DNA from: Fibrobacteria bacterium
Lineage (GTDB): Bacteria; Fibrobacterota; Fibrobacteria; UBA11236
Assembly (NCBI GenBank): GCA_043745805.1
Contig: JAYTSD010000012.1
Coordinates: 1-42,907 of the forward strand
DNA: 42,907 bases
Direction: 5' to 3'
The position numbers and the translations under genes were made by a program. Shown one piece after another: positions 37,391-42,907 of this stretch (position 1 is the first letter of the stretch; each line of letters opens with the position of its first letter). The notes beneath the pieces are model-generated. The model searched no databases, was not told where the DNA came from, and worked only from the letters and a program-made list of their open reading frames with translations.

Positions 37391-38704
37391 ATGGCTAAGA
37401 GAGTTCATCGCCTCAAGCCATTATTTGCTGGAATTGTTTTATGGGCATGTCTGCAATTTATCCATGCGGAAAACGAACTTGACTGCCGCAGTTTAGATTC
37501 ACTCAAAATACTTACCATTACTTTAGATTCTTTACATCACACGCATGCGCATGTGGTAACTCGCGAGTTAATCCATCAAGTGGGCAATAAATTTCTTTGC
37601 GCCGATTGGCAAAGAGAAAAAACACGTTTGGAAGATTTGGATATTTTTGCGGAAATAACTTTACATCCTATTCGCCTAGATAGCGGCATAGACTTGCATT
37701 ATGAATTTCACGAGTTACCGAGCTACATCCCTTTTGGCACCGTCAATAAAACCGATCAAAATGGTTGGAGTATTGGTCCGGCTTTGGCGGCTCTAAATTT
37801 TTGGGGAGAAGCCATCCGCTTGGATTTTATGGCCCGCTTTGGAGGAACCACAGAATATCAAATGTCCTTATCGTCCCCGTGGATTGGTTCCTATCCAATA
37901 CGTTATGACTTGGCATTTTTAGTAGTAGATGACACTAATAGCTTTGAACACTTTCATGAACGCTCAAGGCGTATAAAATTAGATCTTATTCAAGAAATTC
38001 ATGGTCCATGGCATGCTGTCTATTACGGTGAAATCATGCGCATGGACGCTGCGCAAAAAGATATTTTACTTACCGGTGCGGCGGAATATATTCCGCGTTT
38101 AGGTGGGGGAGTATTGTGGGATAGCCGCAGTAGCCGACATAATACAGCTAGAGGTTTTTATCAAGAATTACGTTTTACGCAAAATGGGGGTATGCTGGGT
38201 GGTCCAGCGGATTATCCAGAATGGCTTTCGGATTCACGTTTTTATTTCTCTTGGCTGAAGAGAAATAATTTAATCGTTTCCTCATTATACCAATATCGTC
38301 CTGGCTTACTGAAACAAACCTTCCCGCTTTATGACCTTTATCATGTTGGAGGGGCAAATACGCTGAGAGGCTTTGCCCATAATGCTTTTCAAGGGCCTAG
38401 CGAATGGCTCAATACTTTAGAAGAGCGCTATGCCATTATTCCACGCAAGATTTTTCGTTTTTTTGGAATCAACGGATATTATGCTTTGGAAGGCCTTGTA
38501 GGGCTGGATATGGATGCTTTGTGGGAGGCTCGATCCCCTCTGCCACGACATTTTCAATCAAGCTTTTTTGCAGGGTTACATCTCGTATTGCCTGGCATTG
38601 ATAGATTGCGTATTGAGATAGGTTCAAATACCACAAAACTCTCATTTAATCATGATATAGGCATACTAGAAAAGACCGATACGCAGAGATATAGATCGCG
38701 GTAG
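37391..38704 (+). CDS. Omp85/BamA-TamA family protein with one POTRA domain
   Basis: HTHAHVVTREL...RLEDLDIF POTRA; NFWG; GGANTLRGF (VRGF-type motif). Confidence 0.8.
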   Translation: MAKRVHRLKPLFAGIVLWACLQFIHAENELDCRSLDSLKILTITLDSLHHTHAHVVTRELIHQVGNKFLCADWQREKTRLEDLDIFAEITLHPIRLDSGIDLHYEFHELPSYIPFGTVNKTDQNGWSIGPALAALNFWGEAIRLDFMARFGGTTEYQMSLSSPWIGSYPIRYDLAFLVVDDTNSFEHFHERSRRIKLDLIQEIHGPWHAVYYGEIMRMDAAQKDILLTGAAEYIPRLGGGVLWDSRSSRHNTARGFYQELRFTQNGGMLGGPADYPEWLSDSRFYFSWLKRNNLIVSSLYQYRPGLLKQTFPLYDLYHVGGANTLRGFAHNAFQGPSEWLNTLEERYAIIPRKIFRFFGINGYYALEGLVGLDMDALWEARSPLPRHFQSSFFAGLHLVLPGIDRLRIEIGSNTTKLSFNHDIGILEKTDTQRYRSR

Positions 38705-38814
38705 TTGCAAAACCGCTGTATATTGAAAAAGTCATTTAGGTTGAATATTTCACTTTGGTTCACTCGCTTTTCTTGTGAATTTTTTTTGTAAATTAGTCGC
38801 CTCGGAGGAATTAC

Positions 38815-40485
38815 ATGAAAGTTGCATTTATAAATCCACCTTATTTTCCCATGTTCTCACGTGAATCACGGAGTCCATCGGTAACCAAGTCCAGCACTTT
38901 ATATTGGCCAATGTTTATGGCTTATGCTGCAGGTTGTGTGGAAGATGATGGTAATGAAATGCTGATTCTCGATGCGGCGGCCATGGATTTAGATTTACCC
39001 ATGACCTTGGAAAAAGTAAAAGCTTATGCTCCACAACTTGTGGTGCTTAATACCTCTACCCCTTCGATTAATAATGATATGCGCGTTGGCCGAGCGATTA
39101 AAGAGGCCTTGGGTTGCGATATTGCCATGATGGGCACGCATGCTACAGCCGAACCAATAGAGATTTTAGAACGCGAAGAAGCTATTGATTATGTCATTTC
39201 TGGCGAAGCCGATTATACTTCCCGTGAATTGGTACGTCATTTGCGTGGCGATGGCTTGGAAGATAAAAATAAAATTCTCGGTATTAGTTTCCGAGGTGAA
39301 GATGGTCAATTACATCGTAATGGCGAACGCCCCAAAATTGAAGATCTCGATACCCTACCTTGGGTGAGTAAAGTTTATCATAAACATTTATTCTCTTGCT
39401 ATAAACGTTATTTTTACGGCGCCAATATCAATCCCTTAATTGTGATTTTATCTGGACGTGGCTGTCCATTTCGTTGCACCTATTGCGTAATTCCACAAAC
39501 TTTAACGGGTCACACTTATCGTAAGCGCAGTATTAAAGATGTGGTGAACGAATTAGAATTCATTAAAGCTAATTTCCCCGACTTAGGCGAAGTCTTTTTT
39601 GAAGACGATACGTTTACCGCCCATCCCACTCGCACCGCAGAATTATGCGAAGAAATTATTCAACGTAAACTCAAAATTACTTGGTCCGCAAATGCGCGCG
39701 CTGATGTGAAATTTGAAGTGCTTGATAAAATGAAAAAAGCGGGTTGCCGCGAACTTTGCGTAGGCTTTGAATCGGCCTCCAAGGATGTATTAAAGAATGT
39801 GAAAAAAGGTTTAGCGGACGGGATGTCGGCTAAGTTTATGGAGTCGGCGGATAAAGCCGGCATCTTGATTCATGGCTGCTTTATGGTAGGTAACTTGGGT
39901 GATACCAAGGATGGTTTAGAAAATACTTTAGCGATGGCGAAGCAGTTAAATCCTAATACGGCTCAGTTCTATCCTATTATGGCCTATCCTGGCACTACGG
40001 CTTATGATGAAGCAAAGGCACGCGGTGAATTAGCCAGTGAAGACTATGACAAATGGTTAGATAAAGATGGCATGCATAATACCACCGTGATTCGTAAAGG
40101 TTTAACTTCGCAGGAACTCGTAGATTTTTGTGACCGTGCGCGCCGTGAATTTTATTTGCGTCCTAAATATATTTTCAAACAAGCGGTGATGGCCCTTACG
40201 AATAGTCGTGAACGTTATCGCGTTATGCGTGGCGCAGGAACCTTGGTTAAGCATTTGTTTAAGAAACATGGCGAAGCCCAAGTGGCGAGCACTTATTCTG
40301 CAAAAGCCACCAGCGAAGTAATTCCTAAGGCTCCGCTAGAAAAAAAAATGTTAGACAAAGTTCCACTTGAACATGGTCTTAAGCCCATAGATGTGGAATT
40401 ACTACTTCGTAGACCTTCTTCGCATTCCCATACTATGGAAGAAGTTCATGCCGAGGTAGAGTCTGAGGTACAGGTAAAGGCCTAA
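38815..40485 (+). CDS. Cobalamin-binding radical SAM enzyme (HpnJ/BchE-like)
   Basis: N-terminal B12-binding region (GTHAT, GEAD); SGRGCPFRCTYC; FEDDTF; GFES; YPGT. Confidence 0.9.
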   Translation: MKVAFINPPYFPMFSRESRSPSVTKSSTLYWPMFMAYAAGCVEDDGNEMLILDAAAMDLDLPMTLEKVKAYAPQLVVLNTSTPSINNDMRVGRAIKEALGCDIAMMGTHATAEPIEILEREEAIDYVISGEADYTSRELVRHLRGDGLEDKNKILGISFRGEDGQLHRNGERPKIEDLDTLPWVSKVYHKHLFSCYKRYFYGANINPLIVILSGRGCPFRCTYCVIPQTLTGHTYRKRSIKDVVNELEFIKANFPDLGEVFFEDDTFTAHPTRTAELCEEIIQRKLKITWSANARADVKFEVLDKMKKAGCRELCVGFESASKDVLKNVKKGLADGMSAKFMESADKAGILIHGCFMVGNLGDTKDGLENTLAMAKQLNPNTAQFYPIMAYPGTTAYDEAKARGELASEDYDKWLDKDGMHNTTVIRKGLTSQELVDFCDRARREFYLRPKYIFKQAVMALTNSRERYRVMRGAGTLVKHLFKKHGEAQVASTYSAKATSEVIPKAPLEKKMLDKVPLEHGLKPIDVELLLRRPSSHSHTMEEVHAEVESEVQVKA

Positions 40486-40488
40486 ACT

Positions 40489-41169
40489 TTGGCCGCTTAT
40501 CGCATTGCTGTGTTAGCCTCTGGTGGAGGCTCCAATCTTCATACGCTTCTTACGCGCATACAATCCAGAGAATTGCCCGTTACGATTGCATTTGTAATGG
40601 CCAATAATAGCCAAGCTGGTGCTTTGGCGCATGCATGTCATTTTAATATTCCGGCTTACCATGTTAGCGCGAAAACCGAAGGCAACGAAGAGGGCGTAAC
40701 CCAAAAGTTACTCGCCCTATTAAAAGCACAACCTGTCGATCTTTTGGTATTGGCGGGCTATATGAAAAAGGTCCCCGAAGCGATATTGAAACATTTAAAA
40801 AATCGCGTACTTAATATTCATCCGGCTTTGTTACCGGCCTTTGGCGGTGAAGGATTTTATGGGCATAAAGTACATGAAGCCTTGGTGTTACGAGGCTGTC
40901 AATATGCCGGCCTAACTATTCACATGGTGAATGGAGATTACGATGCGGGTCAAATCATTTTACAAAAAGCAATTCCAATTTCTCCACATAACACCGCCGA
41001 AGAAGTCGGCGCAGCTGTTTTGGTTGAGGAACATGCCTGTTACTGGCAAGTGATTCGCGCATTTGCGGAGGGGAAAATAATCCCTACGGATTCTCTCGAA
41101 GCAAAACAAGCGGTCAATATTTCCGCATTCCTAGCAGACATTCGTGCCCTCCAAAATCAAAAAAACTGA
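40489..41169 (+). CDS. purN: Phosphoribosylglycinamide formyltransferase
   Basis: IAVLASGGGSNL; LAGYM; LNIHPALLP; YDAGQII. Confidence 0.95.
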   Translation: MAAYRIAVLASGGGSNLHTLLTRIQSRELPVTIAFVMANNSQAGALAHACHFNIPAYHVSAKTEGNEEGVTQKLLALLKAQPVDLLVLAGYMKKVPEAILKHLKNRVLNIHPALLPAFGGEGFYGHKVHEALVLRGCQYAGLTIHMVNGDYDAGQIILQKAIPISPHNTAEEVGAAVLVEEHACYWQVIRAFAEGKIIPTDSLEAKQAVNISAFLADIRALQNQKN

Positions 41170-41818
41170 TTCTCCTGCGCAAACTTCTCCTTTGTGGTTG
41201 TTCGATCAAGAGCATCTCGAAACCTATGCCTTACTTTGTGGCGTCGATGAAGTGGGCCGCGGCCCTTTAGCAGGCAATGTGGTGGCCGCTTGCGTAATTT
41301 TAAATTTTCAAGCAGCGGAAATCGTTGGCTTAAATGATTCCAAAAAAATTAAAGAAAGCAAACGCGAAGAACTTTTTGTGGAAATACAAAATCGCGCTAT
41401 AGGCTTTGGTATAGGGGAATGCAGCCCCGCAGAAATTGATACGCATAATATTTTACGCGCCACATGGATTGCGATGCAAAGGGCTTTGACTAAGATGGAT
41501 TCTCAATTAAAACTAAAACCGGATTTGGTTTTAGTAGATGGGAATCAACGCATTCCCGAATTAAAATGGCTGCAAAAAACCGTGGTTAAAGGCGATGGGT
41601 TTTCCGCTTCCATTGCGGCAGCTTCCATTTTGGCGAAGGTAACACGGGATCGGCAATTAGTGGAATTGGATAAACAATTTCCGGAATATGGATTTGCGCA
41701 ACATAAAGGTTACCCTACAAAAATGCATTATGAGGCGATTGCGAAGCATGGATTAACACCTTGGCATAGACTGAGTTTTTGCAAGCGCGAAGCGGAGCAG
41801 ATGGGGTTGTGGGGGTGA
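41144..41818 (+). CDS. rnhB: Ribonuclease HII
   Basis: GVDEVGRGPLAG; LNDSKK; VDG; SIAAASILAKVTRD; HKGYPT. Confidence 0.97.
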   Translation: MPSKIKKTDSPAQTSPLWLFDQEHLETYALLCGVDEVGRGPLAGNVVAACVILNFQAAEIVGLNDSKKIKESKREELFVEIQNRAIGFGIGECSPAEIDTHNILRATWIAMQRALTKMDSQLKLKPDLVLVDGNQRIPELKWLQKTVVKGDGFSASIAAASILAKVTRDRQLVELDKQFPEYGFAQHKGYPTKMHYEAIAKHGLTPWHRLSFCKREAEQMGLWG

Positions 41819-42756
41819 CGATTACTTTTGCCACGATCACCAATTTGCCCAATGGACTTGGACGTTATGGCGTGGGGGATGATAGATTATATTATGTCAA
41901 GAATCATTTGGGAAGTACCGTAATGGCTATTCCTAGTATTGTAGGCGGTACATTTGATATTTATGATTATTTCCCTTATGGTAAGGAGAAAAAATTAGTG
42001 ACGGGGCAAAGTGGTACTGTAGGCAAAATCACCGAAACCTTTACCGGTAAGGAGTATGATGAGCAAATACAGTTGGATTATTTTGGCGCGCGGTATTACG
42101 ATGCGGATATTGGGTTGTGGATATCACCCGATCCGATGAGGCAGTTTTTTAGTTCTTATGCTTATGGCTCAAATCCCATTCGTAGTATAGATAAAAATGG
42201 ATATGAGCAAGTAGAAGCTAATTTCATTGGACCGCTTCTACAGACTGATTGGCGTAAAGGGGATAAATTTGGATTTTCTCAGGCAGCAGGTTATAATATT
42301 TCTCATAATCTTTTTGGGGAATATAAATCCATAAGACAAAGACGCGATTTGTATTCATGGGTAAACTCAAGGCTTCAAATAACTGGAAATCAATCAGTTT
42401 GGGCAGCAACGGCCATTGGAGTTATTAATAAAAACATTATAGCTCTATCTGTTATACCGGGTTATGGTGGTCTTGCAAATGGTGCAAACAAAGCGATTTT
42501 CGATGACGCGATGCCAAGATTGTACGCATTAATGGGAACGCAGGTAAGAGGTGAGGCGGCTGTAAACTGGGACTCAGATCAATTAGCCCGCGAACAAAAT
42601 CTTGTCCAGCCATTATATGATTCAATGAATCCAGCCGCCTTGCTTTTAATGAATGTTGGAAATAGTGTTTTAAATTATCCTTTTCTTCTCCAAAATAAAT
42701 CTAATAGAATACAATGGGGTGAGGAAAAGATGTTTGAATTGAGGGAAAGTAAGTGA
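41815..42756 (+). CDS. Orphan Rhs core fragment with C-terminal putative toxin domain
   Basis: NHLGS; YDYFPYG; FTGKEYD; DYFGARYYDADIGLWISPDP; NPIRSIDKNG. GTG 41815 overlaps the rnhB TGA. Confidence 0.85.
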   Translation: MTITFATITNLPNGLGRYGVGDDRLYYVKNHLGSTVMAIPSIVGGTFDIYDYFPYGKEKKLVTGQSGTVGKITETFTGKEYDEQIQLDYFGARYYDADIGLWISPDPMRQFFSSYAYGSNPIRSIDKNGYEQVEANFIGPLLQTDWRKGDKFGFSQAAGYNISHNLFGEYKSIRQRRDLYSWVNSRLQITGNQSVWAATAIGVINKNIIALSVIPGYGGLANGANKAIFDDAMPRLYALMGTQVRGEAAVNWDSDQLAREQNLVQPLYDSMNPAALLLMNVGNSVLNYPFLLQNKSNRIQWGEEKMFELRESK

Positions 42757-42810
42757 TTAATTCGAAACGGTTTTTTTATTGCGGCTATTTAATTTTTATA
42801 ATGTCAATGT
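42753..42810 (+). pseudogene. Putative immunity gene interrupted by IS3
   Basis: GTG overlaps the Rhs TGA; hydrophobic MINSKRFFYCGYLIFIMSM then runs into the IS inverted repeat at 42811. Confidence 0.5.
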
Positions 42811-42907
42811 TGATCTGCGCCCTTGTTCACGGACATTTAGTTAAACAACACAAGCCCTCTTCTCAAACTCGGCTGGGCTAACATGGCCGATAGTTGAATG
42901 TTGTCGC
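42811..42907 (-). mobile_element. Right end of an IS3-family insertion sequence (partial)
   Basis: Terminal TGATCTGCGCCCTTGTTCACGGACA fits the IS3 TGATCT..CCC..GGACA IR pattern. Minus strand 42906-42841 encodes RQHSTIGHVSPAEFEKRACVV*, the IS3 OrfB R-H-S-x-L-G-Y-x-S-P-x-E-F-E tail. Confidence 0.85.

Noticed and set aside
41779-41814. ORF-track TTG start for the Rhs ORF, or an rnhB-Rhs fusion
   Set aside because: This part lies within rnhB in another frame; rnhB is complete with its own stop, and GTG 41815 gives a standard 4-nt overlap.
1-42907. tRNA, rRNA or known riboswitch
   Set aside because: Intergenic gaps are short and none showed a cloverleaf or an aptamer consensus I recognise; a tRNAscan/Rfam run would be needed to exclude them formally.

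Overview
A 42.9 kb AT-rich bacterial chromosomal window, densely coding and mostly housekeeping or envelope genes. The Fibrobacter-like C-terminal domain on the vWA protein, the porX-tsaE linkage and the FCB-type LptD suggest Fibrobacterota/FCB group (inference). Gene order: floA (5' partial) and a YqfB-like gene; secreted vWA protein; RND efflux operon (MFP, RND, TolC, small membrane protein); hisB, an unlisted 51-aa membrane ORF, rodZ-like, maf, lptD-like, fliN, HDOD; PilZ protein; type IV pilus pilMNO, giant pilP-like, pilQ; orphan Dam methylase; porin; ABC ATPase; PEGA protein; tsaE, PorX-like regulator, histidine kinase, serS; TonB-dependent receptor-like gene; degP-like; gndA; Omp85 protein; B12 radical SAM; purN; rnhB; orphan Rhs core/toxin cassette; right end of an IS3-family element. 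Most notable: (1) a 760-aa PilP-like protein that carries AMIN-like, TolA-like repeat and SH3b regions while PilQ lacks AMIN; (2) a PorX-like regulator whose PglZ active-site ligands look largely substituted, coupled to an adjacent kinase; (3) an Rhs-CT cassette whose probable immunity gene is interrupted by IS3; (4) several probable non-canonical starts and small coupling ORFs. No rRNA, tRNA or CRISPR array was seen. All family calls come from motif recognition by eye; no searches were run.
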